Source: Spirochaetia bacterium (lineage in GTDB: Bacteria; Spirochaetota; Spirochaetia; SZUA-6; Bin103). Taken from it: 64,000 nucleotides of DNA. Both the position numbers and the translations under genes were made by a program. Location of the stretch: assembly GCA_965199955.1 (NCBI GenBank), contig CBDATQ010000001.1, positions 2,208,001 to 2,272,000 on the forward strand, read 5' to 3'. Numbering within the stretch: position 1 is the first letter of the stretch; each line of letters opens with the position of its first letter. The notes under the pieces are model-generated. The model searched no databases and was not told where the DNA came from. It worked only from the letters and a program-made list of their open reading frames with translations. This document shows positions 10,973 to 21,281 of this stretch, piece after piece.

Positions 10973-12091
10973 GTGGCTGATCAGGGGCTGCCGTATACTC
11001 CGATCCTTGCCGGGCTGCCGCCACTGGTGCCGTTCGTTGGGCCCGAGGCGCTCGTGCGCGAGCGGGGAGGGCCGTTTCGCGCACGCTTGGGAGCGAACGA
11101 GAGCGCGTTCGGGATTTCGCCGATCGCGCGCCGGGTCGGCATGGCCGCGCTGGAACGGATATCCTGGTACGCCGACCCGGAGAACCACGAGTTGCGTGCC
11201 GCGCTGGCCGCTGCCCACGGCGTGGCGCCCGACAATATCGCCATCGCCGCCGGCATCGACGACCTGCTCGGCTTGGCCGTGCGCGCCTTCGCCGCCGAGC
11301 GGGCCGCCGTGATGACCGCCGGCTCCTATCCCACGTTCGCCTTCCATGTGGCCGGCTACGGCGCCCGGCTGATCACCGTGCCCTACCGGGACGACCGCGT
11401 CGACTTGGACGGGCTGCTGGACGCCGCCATCGGCAGTGGGGCCACCCTGCTGTACGTGGCCAACCCCGACAACCCCGCGGGCACCTGGCGCGACGCGACC
11501 GACGTGCAGCGGCTGGTCGAGCGCGTGCCGCCCGGCATGGTCCTGCTCCTGGACGAGGCCTACGCGGACTTCGCTCCTGCCGCGGCGATCCCCCCGGCCG
11601 GGCTGCTCGGACCCGGCGTGCTGCGCCTGCGTACCTTCTCCAAGGCGCACGGCATGGCCGGCGGCCGCGTCGGCTACGCGCTCTGCACCGCGGAGGCGTG
11701 GCAGGGGTTCGAGAAGATCCGTCACCACTACGGGATGAACCGCATCGCCCAGGAGGTGGCGCTGGCATCGCTGGGCGACTCTGACTTCATCGCCGGCGTG
11801 GTCGCCTCCGTGCAGGCCGGCCGCCTCGAGTACGCGCGTATCGCCGCGGACCACGGCCTGACGGTGCTTCCGTCCGGGACCAACTTCGTCAACTTCGACA
11901 CCGGCTCGGCGGCCCGCGCCGACGCGCTGCTCGACGCGCTGATCCGCCACGGCGTGTTCGTACGCAAGGCCAAGGCGCCGCCGCTCGACCGCACGGTCCG
12001 CATCACGGTGGGCCGTCCCGACGAGTGCGCCGTGCTGGCGGAGGTGCTGGGCGACGCGCTGGCCGACGCCGACCGGTCCCTGCGCGGTTGA
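10973..12091 (+). CDS. PLP-dependent aminotransferase (histidinol-phosphate aminotransferase-like)
   Basis: GANES, ANPDNPAG, DEAY, RTFSKAHGMAGGRVGY and RITVG motifs. Confidence 0.9.
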   Translation: MADQGLPYTPILAGLPPLVPFVGPEALVRERGGPFRARLGANESAFGISPIARRVGMAALERISWYADPENHELRAALAAAHGVAPDNIAIAAGIDDLLGLAVRAFAAERAAVMTAGSYPTFAFHVAGYGARLITVPYRDDRVDLDGLLDAAIGSGATLLYVANPDNPAGTWRDATDVQRLVERVPPGMVLLLDEAYADFAPAAAIPPAGLLGPGVLRLRTFSKAHGMAGGRVGYALCTAEAWQGFEKIRHHYGMNRIAQEVALASLGDSDFIAGVVASVQAGRLEYARIAADHGLTVLPSGTNFVNFDTGSAARADALLDALIRHGVFVRKAKAPPLDRTVRITVGRPDECAVLAEVLGDALADADRSLRG

Positions 12092-12162
12092 ACGCGGCGA
12101 CCGGAAGGGGCACACGCCGCCAACGAATTCACAGGAACTCGACGAAGTTCGGTCCGTATCGG

Positions 12163-13134
12163 CTACCGTGATCGGAACTCCCGGAGACGGGTGTGTTCGA
12201 CGAGTTGTCGCATGTTCTGAAGGGTGAAGACTTTGCCACGCGTTGCGAGCAGAAGCTTGCGCATGTCTTCGCGGCGCACCCCGAAGCCGCGGCCGGCGAT
12301 GCAGGCGACAACGTCGAATGCGGGCTGATCCAGGGGGTGGTCTCTGGTGCTGAGCGAGCCGAGGTGCTGAACGCGCGTAACCTTGTCGCGTGCCGTGCCG
12401 TCATCTTCGGTGAGCTTCGCCTCGATGACGATCTGCGGGTTGAACTCGTTGGGGACGATGAAACGAGGCGAGCACTCAGTTCCAGACCGAGAAGCTGACG
12501 TGCATTGAACAGATCGCAGTAGCGCGTGTTTCCCCAGCGATGCAGCCGGTCGGTTTCGTCTCCGGGCGGGATCGCTTCGTCGGGGACGAAACTCGCGGAG
12601 AGCTGCTCCCAGCGCTCGCCGGCCCCTTCGGCCCGCGCGAGATCCTCGGCGTCGGGCGATCGTCTTCACCCACAGGAACGACTTCACGGCAACCTCCGGG
12701 TCGCCGTATAGCGGGCAGGACGTGCGATAATATTGTCCGATCTCCTCGTGGAGCTCCTCAACGAGCGCTCTTGCGGCGCGATCATACGCCGCCACGTCGA
12801 GATGTTGGATCTCCTCGCGAACGATCCAGGCAGACATCGGATTGACGTCGAATCCGTGCACGTCGCATCCGAGCCTGTTGGCTTCGATCAGCGGCGTTCC
12901 TCCGCCCATGAACGGATCAGCGATCCGGCGGCCGGCGAGGTCGTTAGCAGCAAAGAACGTGTCCTGCAAGGCACCGTCCCCGAACTCGGCGAGGATCAAA
13001 CCGCGAAACAACGTGCCCGGACGCCGCGCGAACCACTTGTGCACGCCGATGACGGGGCGGTAGTTCTGCTGGATCTGTTCCCTGAGCGCCAAGCCGGCGA
13101 TCATCGAAACGTCGAAGTCTCGCTCGATGCTCAT
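12163..13134 (-). pseudogene. Collapsed restriction-modification remnant: adenine methyltransferase N-terminus joined to a PD-(D/E)XK endonuclease C-terminus
   Basis: HKWFARR and DPFMGGGT SAM-binding motif, an out-of-frame methylase fragment (PDEAIPPGDETDRLHRWG), then VIEAKLTEDDGTARDK. No DPPY catalytic motif is present. Confidence 0.75.
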
Positions 13135-13168
13135 GTTCGCCCTTGTGCCGACTCGGCGATGCGTCTGC

Positions 13169-14029
13169 TCACACCGGCAGCTTGTACGAGTAGGACTCCA
13201 TCACCTCGTGGTCGGAAGCGCGCGCCTGGCGCAGGGCGTGATCGGTGACCGGCAGGTAGTAGTGCGTGGTGGGGTTGCGGGAGATGAACCCCTCGCCATA
13301 GGCGCAGTCGCCGGCCAGCCCGAACGCGCCGTCCGAGGTCTCGATCCGCTTGCGCGCGTAGGCGCCGCCGTAGCCCTGGCTGACCAGCGCATCCAGCGTG
13401 GCCAGCTTCTTCTCCGCCACGTCGGTGATGTCGACGAACACGTCGCAGGCGAATCCGCCGGTCTGGTCCCAGAGGCCGTGGCGAGTGGAGGCCGCGCCGA
13501 TCCCGAAGTAGAACACCTGCGCGGCCCGGTGGGGCGGGTTGGTGTCGCCGGGATCGACGCTGCCGGCAAGGCGCAGCGCGTACATGACGATCTGCCCGGC
13601 GATCGCGTGCGGGCTGGTGATGCCGTCGTCCTCCTTGGGGAAATGGGTCAGCACCACGTCCGGGCGGAGCTCGCGCAGCACGCGGGCCAGGCGCCGCACG
13701 ACCTCCTCCGTGACCAGCAGCACGGCGTCGTCGGCGCCGAAGAACACGATATGCTCAACCCCCAGCGCGGCGCAGGCGGCGCGCGTCTCCTGTTCCTTGA
13801 CGCCGGCGCGCTCCTGCATGGTGGCCCGCAGCTCGTCCGCTTCCGGGATGGCGTCGCGGTGGAACATCTGCTCGCTGATGACCTCGTCGTGTACGCGCGC
13901 GCCGTGGGTGAGCACCACGCAGCCAACCCAGTCGCCGCGCGCGACGTGGTGGGCCATGGTGCCGCCGGACTGATCGAAGATGTCGGCGGGGTGGGCGCCG
14001 ATGGAAAGAATCCGCAGTGGTTCGTTCAT
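13169..14029 (-). CDS. PIG-L/LmbE-family deacetylase
   Basis: GAHPAD, LTHG, RPDVVLTH and FVDITDVAEKK motifs. Confidence 0.9.
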   Translation of the reverse strand: MNEPLRILSIGAHPADIFDQSGGTMAHHVARGDWVGCVVLTHGARVHDEVISEQMFHRDAIPEADELRATMQERAGVKEQETRAACAALGVEHIVFFGADDAVLLVTEEVVRRLARVLRELRPDVVLTHFPKEDDGITSPHAIAGQIVMYALRLAGSVDPGDTNPPHRAAQVFYFGIGAASTRHGLWDQTGGFACDVFVDITDVAEKKLATLDALVSQGYGGAYARKRIETSDGAFGLAGDCAYGEGFISRNPTTHYYLPVTDHALRQARASDHEVMESYSYKLPV

Positions 14030-14108
14030 GACGCAGCCATTATGCCCCGGTCCGGTAGGTGCCGGTCCTGTTCCGCCGGCAGCCGATCAGGCATCATCCC
14101 ATCTGCCC

Positions 14109-15314
14109 GTGACGATCCTTCCGTTCCGCCCGTGGATGCCTGCGCCGGACCAGGCGCAGGCAGTGGCCTGTCCACCGTTCGACGTTCCCACCCGCGACGA
14201 GGCCACGACCATGGCGAAGGGCGACCGGCGCAACTTCCTGCACGTGGTACGCGCGGAGATCGACTTGCCGGATGAGGTCGACGCCCACGATGCGCAGGTC
14301 TACGACCGTGCGCGCCGCAACCTCACCGGGCTGCAGGAGCATGGCGTCCTGGTCCGGGAACAGCAGCCGGAACTCTACCTGTACCGGATGGAGGACGGGA
14401 CGCACCGGCAGACCGGCATCGTCGCCAGCCTGCGCGCCGCCGACTACCGGAGCGGGCTGATCCGCACGCACGAGCGTACGCGCGCCGCGCAGGAGGATGA
14501 CCGCGTGCGCCACATGCGCGCCCTCTGCGCCCATCCGGAGCCGGTGCTGTTCACCTTCCGTGCGCCGCACGGCATGCGCGACCTGCTGGACCGGTCGGCC
14601 CGCGGCGAGCCGCTGCTGGCCGCCACCGACGGGGACGGGGTGCGCCATCTGGTGTGGCGCGCCCCGGATGCGGCCGCGCTGGTCGCCGCGTTCGCCGACG
14701 TCCCGCACTGCTACGTGGCGGACGGCCATCACCGGTCGGCAGCAGCGGCGCGCGTTGCCGCGGGCGGAACTTCGGACTACTTCCCGGCCGTGCTCTTCCC
14801 TGCCGGAGAGTTGCGCATCCTGGCGTACAACCGGGCGATCCGCGGCCTGGGCCCACAGCGTGACGAGGGCGAGCTGCGGCGGCGCCTGGGCGAGATCGGC
14901 AACCTGGTCTCTCCCGCGGAGCCCGTGCCGAAGCAGGCTTGCAGCTTCGCGATACGGCTGCGCTCAGGCTGGCACCAGCTCCACCTGGGGCCGCCCGAGG
15001 AGGAGCGCACCGGCCTGGTCACATCGCTCGATGCGGAGCGGCTGCATCGCGCCGTCCTGCGGCCACTGTTAGGCGTGGGCGACCCGCGCACGGACGACCG
15101 GTTCATCCCCGTGGGGGGCCGCGACAGCGTGACCCGCCTGGAGCGGCTGGTCGACTCGGGAGAGGCCGCGGTTGGGGTCTCGCTCGTCGCCCCGACCGTC
15201 GAGCAGATGCTGGCGGTCGCCGATGCCCGCGGGGTCATGCCGCCGAAAAGCACCTGGATCGAGCCGAAGTTGCGCAGCGGCCTGTTCGTACATCCGTTCG
15301 AGGGGGACGAATGA
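14109..15314 (+). CDS. DUF1015-family protein
   Basis: PPFDV, HERT, YVADGHHRSAAA and MPPKSTWIEPKLRSGLF motifs. Confidence 0.9.
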   Translation: MTILPFRPWMPAPDQAQAVACPPFDVPTRDEATTMAKGDRRNFLHVVRAEIDLPDEVDAHDAQVYDRARRNLTGLQEHGVLVREQQPELYLYRMEDGTHRQTGIVASLRAADYRSGLIRTHERTRAAQEDDRVRHMRALCAHPEPVLFTFRAPHGMRDLLDRSARGEPLLAATDGDGVRHLVWRAPDAAALVAAFADVPHCYVADGHHRSAAAARVAAGGTSDYFPAVLFPAGELRILAYNRAIRGLGPQRDEGELRRRLGEIGNLVSPAEPVPKQACSFAIRLRSGWHQLHLGPPEEERTGLVTSLDAERLHRAVLRPLLGVGDPRTDDRFIPVGGRDSVTRLERLVDSGEAAVGVSLVAPTVEQMLAVADARGVMPPKSTWIEPKLRSGLFVHPFEGDE

Positions 15315-15395
15315 CCCGTCGGAGGATGCCGTTGATGCATCCCGGCACAAGTATCCGCGACAGCATGAAAGCGATGGGACGGACGGTCCCTTCAG
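15311..15395 (+). pseudogene. HigA-like antitoxin N-terminal remnant
   Basis: MTRRRMPLMHPGTSIRDSMKAMGRTV resembles the P-x-HPG start of HigA. Similarity ends before the HTH. Confidence 0.5.
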
Positions 15396-15413
15396 TGGGT
15401 GCGAGTACGTACC

Positions 15414-15791
15414 TTATGTCGATAACGCTGCCGGCAGTGGTCCCGAGGCTACGAGTTTTTTCTGCGCAGGATCCACCGACAGGTTCATCCCTTTCAGAGT
15501 GCGAGCGCCGAGCAGACTGAGATCGCCGGGTTCTGCGAATACGACTTCGTCGATGGTGAAGCCCTCGGGGACGCGCAGGATGGCGAACCCGGCGCTTCGC
15601 GTGATCATCTCGCCGTTCGCCATCACGAACCGGAGATTCATCTTCTCCCGAGCCACGCCTATGCTCTCCAGATCGCTTTTCGGAATCCACGAGTACTCGC
15701 TGCCGGTGTCGATCAGCAATCCGGCGATACGAACCGAATTCGAACGGTCGGTGTGATTCTCCGCGGTGCAGCCAGTCCGGAAGACGCCCAT
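15414..15791 (-). CDS. Clan AA (retropepsin-like) aspartyl protease
   Basis: LIDTGS catalytic motif, MANG flap and LLGARTL motif. Confidence 0.85.
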   Translation of the reverse strand: MGVFRTGCTAENHTDRSNSVRIAGLLIDTGSEYSWIPKSDLESIGVAREKMNLRFVMANGEMITRSAGFAILRVPEGFTIDEVVFAEPGDLSLLGARTLKGMNLSVDPAQKKLVASGPLPAALST

Positions 15792-15844
15792 GCTGGTACG
15801 TTATCGATGCGTCTCATCCATCGTCAATCTGCCGGCGAACACGG

Positions 15845-18800
15845 TCAGTGGAAGTCGCGGCTCTTGAGCGGGATCGTCTGACGCGCGCGGGGCAGCGGAC
15901 CGCCGGGCCGGTCGGCGTTCGGCTCCACCGGCAGCTCCGCTTTCCAGAACCGTTCGGCGACGATGTGCACCACGTCGTAGCGAGCCTGGATCCTGCCGCT
16001 CACTCCCAGAAAGGACGTGGTCAGGATGAGCGAGCGATAGGGCTGGAACACCGTGGTCCATACCACCAGGTTGACGAAGCCGGCCTCGTCTTCGAGGGTC
16101 ATGAACACCACTCCGTCCGCGGTGCCGGGCCGCTGCCGGCAGATCACCAGCCCGGCGTAGGAAACGTGCTGTCCGTCCGCCATGGCGGCGACCTGACCGG
16201 CATCGGGCAACCCACGCTCGGCGAGCCGGCTCCGGAACGGCTCCAGCGGATGCCCGCGGGTGCTGTGGGCGGACGCTCCATAGTCCCAGGCGATGGTGTC
16301 GAAGCGATCGAGCGGGGTGAAGGCCGGCTCCAAAGCCGGGACGTGGAGGGGAAGGGGCGTCGCTCGCTCGCGCCAGCGTACCGCGCCCAGCACCTGCCAT
16401 AGACTGCCGCGGCGCCGCGCGGCGCCGTGCCCCGACCCGGCAGCCAGCGAGTCGAAGGCGCCGCTCTCCGCCAGTCGGGTCAGCGCCTCTCGCGGCATCC
16501 TGGCCCGCTCGACCATCTCCTCCACCGTCGTGAACGGACGCTCGGCGATCAGTGCCGCGCCGTCGGCTTCCGCCAACCCCTTCACGAAGCGCAGACCCAT
16601 CCGCACCGCGAAGCGCCGGCGGCCTTCAGGGCCGGACGGCACTGGCTCCAGCGTGCAGTACCAGTCGCTGCGGGTCACGTCCACCGGCCGCACCTGCACG
16701 CCGTGGCGGCGGGCGTCGTCGACGAGCGTCGCAGGCGCGTAGAACCCCAGCGGCCAGGCGTTGAGCAGCGCCGCGGTGAACACGTCGTGGTAGTGGCGCT
16801 TGAGCCACGCCGTCAGGTACGCCACCAGCGCGAAGCTGGCGGCGCGCGACTCCGGAAAGCCGTACTCCGCGAAACCGCGGATCTGGTCGAACACACGCTC
16901 GGCGAACTCGCGGGAGATCCCCTTGGCCTCCATGCGGGAGATCAGCTTCTCGCCGTGCTTCTCGATGGAGCCCGACCGGCGCCAGGCCGCCATGTCGCGG
17001 CGCAGTTGATCGGCCTCTCCGGGGGTGTAGTCGGCGGCGACCACCGCCAGCTTCATCACCTGTTCCTGGAACAGCGGCACTCCCAGGGTCTTCGCAAGCA
17101 CCGGGCGCAGGGCGGGGTGGGGGTACTCCACCGGCTCCTCGCCGCTCCGCCGCCGCAGGTAAGGGTGCACCATGCCGCCGGTGATCGGGCCGGGCCGCAC
17201 GATGGCGACCTCGATCACCAGGTCGTAAAAGGTGCGCGGCCGCAGGCGCGGCAGCATCGACATCTGCGCCCGGCTCTCGATCTGGAAGACGCCGACCGTG
17301 TCGCCGCGCGAGACCATGTCGAACACCGCCGGGTCCTCGAACGGCACCGTGGCCATGCTGTAGTCACGTCCGTAGTGGCGCCGGATCAGCTCGAACCCCA
17401 GGTCCAGGTGGGTGAGGGCGCCGAGCCCCAGCAGGTCCACCTTGAACAGCCCCAGCGCCTCCACGTCGTACTTGTCCCACTGGATGACGGTCCGCCCCTC
17501 CATGGCGGCGTTCTCGATCGGCACCAGGGTGGTGACCGGCTCGCTGCCGAGCAGGAAGCCGCCGGGATGGATCGACAGGTGGCGCGGAGCGTCGCGGATC
17601 TGGTCCGTGAGCGCGATCAGCAGGCGGTGGACGGGGACCTGAGGGTCGAGGCCGGCCTGTGCCAGGGCGCCGGACAGCTCCGACGGGAAGTCGCTGCCGT
17701 GGTGGGAGACGAGCCGTGCGACCCGATCCAGCGAGGTGGCCGGAAGGCCCAGGGTCTTGCCCACGTCCCGAATCGCGGACTTGGCCCGGTAGCGGATCAC
17801 GTTGGCCACCATGGCCGCGTGCTCACGCCCGTACTTGCGGTACATGAACTGGATCACCTCCTCGCGGCGCCGGTGGCCGATGTCCAGGTCGATGTCCGGC
17901 GGCTCGGCCCGCTCGCGAGACAGGAAGCGCTCGAACAGCAGCCGCATGCGCACCGGGTCGATGGCGGTGATCCCCAGGCAGTAGCACACCGCGGAGTTGG
18001 CGGCCGAGCCGCGCCCCTGACAGAGGATCTCCTGCTCGCGGCAGAAACGCACGATTTCGTACATGGTCAGGAAGTAGCCGCAGCAGTCGAGCTCATCGAT
18101 GACATCGAGCTCGGCATCGAGCTGCGCGGCGACCTTCGCCGGCACCTCCCCGCCGTAGCGCTTGCGCGCGCCGGCGAGGGTGAGGGAGCGCAGCCACTCG
18201 GCGGAGGTGTGGCCCGTCGGCAGCCGCTCGGAAGGGTAGCGGTAGCGCAGGTCGGCCAGGGAGAAGGGACAGCGGTCGGCGATCTCGCGGGTCGCGGCCA
18301 CCAACTCGGGGCGGTCGGCGAACAGGCGCGCGAACGCCCGCGGCGACTTGAGGTCGTGCTCGCCGTTGAGGCGCAGCAGGGTACCGGCGCCGTTCAGGGT
18401 GGTGCGGTGCCGGATGCAGGTGACCACGTCCTGCAGCGGGCGCCGGCCGCGGTGGTGGTAAAGCACCTCGGTGGAGGCGGCGAGGGGGAGGGCGAGCCGG
18501 CCGCAGAGCGACGTCAACCGCTGCTCGATGTGCTGGTCGTCGGGTAGCCGGTGGCGCGTGACCAGTCCGTACAACCGGCAGCGAAACGCCTCCTTGAGCA
18601 AGGCGGCACGCCGCCGCCAGAGCTCCTCGTCCTCGGCGGCCAGCAGACGGCGCCCCTGCCACAACGCGATGAGGCCGGCGGCGTGCTCGGCCACCTCCGG
18701 CCAGCCGACGCAGCATTCACCCTTGGCGCAGCGCAGGCGGCCGGCGGAGATCAGCCGGCAGAGGTTGGCGTAGCCGGCCCTGCTCTGCGCCAGCAGCAGC

Positions 18801-19081
18801 AGCGCGGCCGTCGGGGCGGAGAGGTCGCCCGGATCGTCGGCGACGGTGATCTGCGCGCCGACGATCAGCCGCGGCGTCCGCGTGCCGGCCGCCTGGCCGG
18901 CGGCGGTCTCCACGTGGGCGCGCACCACGCCGTGCACCCCGTCCCGGTCGGCCAGAACCAGCGCGGGCATGCCGAGCTGTCGGCAGCGCCGCACCAGCTC
19001 CTCCGGGTGGCTGGCCCCTTCCAGGAAGGAGAAGTTGCTCTTGCACCACAGCGGCACGTACGAAGGAGCGGCGTCGCTCAC
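15845..19081 (-). CDS. dnaE2: Error-prone DNA polymerase DnaE2 (ImuC)
   Basis: SNFSFLEGASHPEEL PHP domain, GRGSAANS, PDIDLD, HPGG, KVDLLGLG, RQRPGTA and the C-terminal SRDFH signature. Confidence 0.97.
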   Translation of the reverse strand: MSDAAPSYVPLWCKSNFSFLEGASHPEELVRRCRQLGMPALVLADRDGVHGVVRAHVETAAGQAAGTRTPRLIVGAQITVADDPGDLSAPTAALLLLAQSRAGYANLCRLISAGRLRCAKGECCVGWPEVAEHAAGLIALWQGRRLLAAEDEELWRRRAALLKEAFRCRLYGLVTRHRLPDDQHIEQRLTSLCGRLALPLAASTEVLYHHRGRRPLQDVVTCIRHRTTLNGAGTLLRLNGEHDLKSPRAFARLFADRPELVAATREIADRCPFSLADLRYRYPSERLPTGHTSAEWLRSLTLAGARKRYGGEVPAKVAAQLDAELDVIDELDCCGYFLTMYEIVRFCREQEILCQGRGSAANSAVCYCLGITAIDPVRMRLLFERFLSRERAEPPDIDLDIGHRRREEVIQFMYRKYGREHAAMVANVIRYRAKSAIRDVGKTLGLPATSLDRVARLVSHHGSDFPSELSGALAQAGLDPQVPVHRLLIALTDQIRDAPRHLSIHPGGFLLGSEPVTTLVPIENAAMEGRTVIQWDKYDVEALGLFKVDLLGLGALTHLDLGFELIRRHYGRDYSMATVPFEDPAVFDMVSRGDTVGVFQIESRAQMSMLPRLRPRTFYDLVIEVAIVRPGPITGGMVHPYLRRRSGEEPVEYPHPALRPVLAKTLGVPLFQEQVMKLAVVAADYTPGEADQLRRDMAAWRRSGSIEKHGEKLISRMEAKGISREFAERVFDQIRGFAEYGFPESRAASFALVAYLTAWLKRHYHDVFTAALLNAWPLGFYAPATLVDDARRHGVQVRPVDVTRSDWYCTLEPVPSGPEGRRRFAVRMGLRFVKGLAEADGAALIAERPFTTVEEMVERARMPREALTRLAESGAFDSLAAGSGHGAARRRGSLWQVLGAVRWRERATPLPLHVPALEPAFTPLDRFDTIAWDYGASAHSTRGHPLEPFRSRLAERGLPDAGQVAAMADGQHVSYAGLVICRQRPGTADGVVFMTLEDEAGFVNLVVWTTVFQPYRSLILTTSFLGVSGRIQARYDVVHIVAERFWKAELPVEPNADRPGGPLPRARQTIPLKSRDFH

Positions 19082-20586
19082 TCCACCCACCCCTGCAGGT
19101 ACCAGCGTCCGGTCAGCCGGTCGTGGTAGACCCACTCCAGCACGCCGTTCCGGGCTCGGACGATGTAGTAGGCGCGGTCGACGCCGCCCGGCAGCCGGGC
19201 GGCGCGGACGTGCCACCAGCCGCCGGAGATCAGGAAGGGGCCGCAGACGGCAGACCTCGGCGGCGGCACCTCGGACGGCTGCCGCAGCATCCGCCGCACC
19301 AGCCACCCCGTCGCCGTCGGCTCCCGGCCGCGGCACGCATCCGGCCGCGGCAGCACGACCTCTGCCACCGGCTGCCAGCGGAACTGCGCTTCCGGCAGAT
19401 GCTCATCGGAGAGCACGGCATGGACCACGGCATGATTTCCGAACTGGGCGCGGATGCGTGCCAGCGCCTCCGACCCGGCCGCCGGATCACGCTGCCTGAG
19501 CGTCCGGAACAGGGTCGCCTGATCCGCGTGCGCTCTCACGTGTTCGGCATCGACGGCCAGTTCATCGACCCCGGCGCTCAGGTCGAGCGCCGGCAGGCGG
19601 AGTTCGATCAGGTCTACCAGCGGACGCCGCTCGCAGGTGGGAGCGGCGGGACGAATCATTTCGTGGCGGTGCGATCCGTCCTCGAGCAACAGCCGCAGGT
19701 GCAGCGCCGCGACCGCCCGGTCCTCCTTCCGCAGGCGATCGAGCAGCGCATCGAGCAGGGCGTCGACGTGACGATGCAGGCGCCCGGCGTCGGTCTCCGC
19801 ATGCGACAGCCGCCTCCGGTGCAGGAACGGCGATGCCGGGACGTCGCCCTGCACCGGCAACTCGAGGTCACTGCGGACCGAGCGGTGACCCGCAGCCGCC
19901 TCGCCCCCGAAGCGCCGCAGCACCTCCGCGTAGGGGAGCCTGAGAAACGCATCGACCGTGGTGACGTCCAGTTTCTCCAGCAGGTCACGGGCTTCGGGAT
20001 CCAGCGGCAGCCGCTCCAGGGGAGCCTGCCTGGCGGCGTTGCGCTCGGCGGCGGCATCGCGTGCCACCAGCCAGCCGCGGCGCGCATCGCGCGCCAGCAG
20101 GAAAGTGCCGATGCGCGTGTAGCCGATGACGACCGTGGCGTCGAACCGCAACTCGCCCAGCCTGCGCCGGATGGTCCGGGCCAGCGCCGCGGGCGATGCG
20201 TGATGCCGCTGCAGGCCGGACACGTCCAGCCAGAACACGCCCGGCTCCGCGAACACGGCATCCGGCTCCGCATCTGCTCCCGAACCGGCCCCTTCGACGA
20301 AGGGGCTGATGGAGAGCAGGCGGTCGATGATCAGCTCGATGCCGGCTGCCACTTCCCCGGGGCCGACGGTGCCCGCCTGCAGGTCCGAAGCTAGCGAGAG
20401 CGACGCGGCGTAGCGCATTCCCACCCGCACCCCGGCGGCGCGCGCCCGCCGGTTCACCGACACCACGATGCCCAGCGGCTTGTCCTCGCTGACGACCGCC
20501 GCGGGCCGGTCATGCCAGTCGGGATGACGGCGGAGCAGCAGTTGCAGCAGGAACGAGCCGACGTCAACACACGCAGTACGGCGCAC
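19078..20586 (-). CDS. imuB: Y-family polymerase-like ImuB
   Basis: ARAAGVRVGM N-terminus and C-terminal GPFLISGGWW...RAYY...WYLQGWVE. Overlaps dnaE2 by 4 nt. Confidence 0.9.
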   Translation of the reverse strand: MRRTACVDVGSFLLQLLLRRHPDWHDRPAAVVSEDKPLGIVVSVNRRARAAGVRVGMRYAASLSLASDLQAGTVGPGEVAAGIELIIDRLLSISPFVEGAGSGADAEPDAVFAEPGVFWLDVSGLQRHHASPAALARTIRRRLGELRFDATVVIGYTRIGTFLLARDARRGWLVARDAAAERNAARQAPLERLPLDPEARDLLEKLDVTTVDAFLRLPYAEVLRRFGGEAAAGHRSVRSDLELPVQGDVPASPFLHRRRLSHAETDAGRLHRHVDALLDALLDRLRKEDRAVAALHLRLLLEDGSHRHEMIRPAAPTCERRPLVDLIELRLPALDLSAGVDELAVDAEHVRAHADQATLFRTLRQRDPAAGSEALARIRAQFGNHAVVHAVLSDEHLPEAQFRWQPVAEVVLPRPDACRGREPTATGWLVRRMLRQPSEVPPPRSAVCGPFLISGGWWHVRAARLPGGVDRAYYIVRARNGVLEWVYHDRLTGRWYLQGWVE

Positions 20587-21274
20587 GGTAGGTGGTGTCC
20601 AGAGATCGTCCCGGCCCCCGCCGCCGGTCCTTGATCACGTCGATGCGGCACCGGAAGCGGTCGTGCCGCGGGGTGGCACAGCGCGCGCCCCGGCCGCGCA
20701 GCGACACCAGCGATCCCAGCTCGGTCCCGGGCGTGGTGAGGAAGAGCAGGGCGGTGTCGTGCTGCCGGGCCAGGCGCATCAGGCGACCCAGGACCGCCGT
20801 CGGGATGAACCGGCCGGCGTCCAGTTCCAGCAGGACCAGGCCGAACGCACCGGAGCGGGTCAGGCGCTCGGCGGCGGTGACCGAGGCGCGCAGGTCGGGT
20901 ACCTGCACGACCGGCAGCGCTGCCAGGTCGACCCCGGCCCGCACCAGGTCGGGCGGGAAGAAGAGGTCGGGGCTGACCGTGACCCAGGCCGTGGGCTCTG
21001 CCGATCGCTGGAACTCACGGACGATCGCGCAGGCCAGCGTCAGATGGACCTGCCGCGGGGCCGCGCAGAGCTCGCAGAGGCGGCCCGCCAGCTCTGCCGG
21101 TCCCCAGATGCCGGTCTGCCTCCGGGCTCCGGTCTGTCCGTCAGCGGCGGGTGCTCCCGAATCGACCGCGAGATCCGCAGCGCGCATCAGCCGGTATGGC
21201 TGTCCGTTCAGGACGCTGCTGCGTACGGGATTACCGCAGATCTGCAGGGCAGTGCGGGCATACCTGTTGAACAT
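20564..21274 (-). CDS. imuA: RecA-like ImuA
   Basis: GRLCEL, FFPPDL..AGVDL..L, RSGAFGLVLL, LGSLVSLR and KDRRRGPG motifs, with a degenerate Walker A. Alternative start at 21187. Confidence 0.85.
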   Translation of the reverse strand: MFNRYARTALQICGNPVRSSVLNGQPYRLMRAADLAVDSGAPAADGQTGARRQTGIWGPAELAGRLCELCAAPRQVHLTLACAIVREFQRSAEPTAWVTVSPDLFFPPDLVRAGVDLAALPVVQVPDLRASVTAAERLTRSGAFGLVLLELDAGRFIPTAVLGRLMRLARQHDTALLFLTTPGTELGSLVSLRGRGARCATPRHDRFRCRIDVIKDRRRGPGRSLDTTYRAPYCVC

Positions 21275-21281
21275 GGTACGA

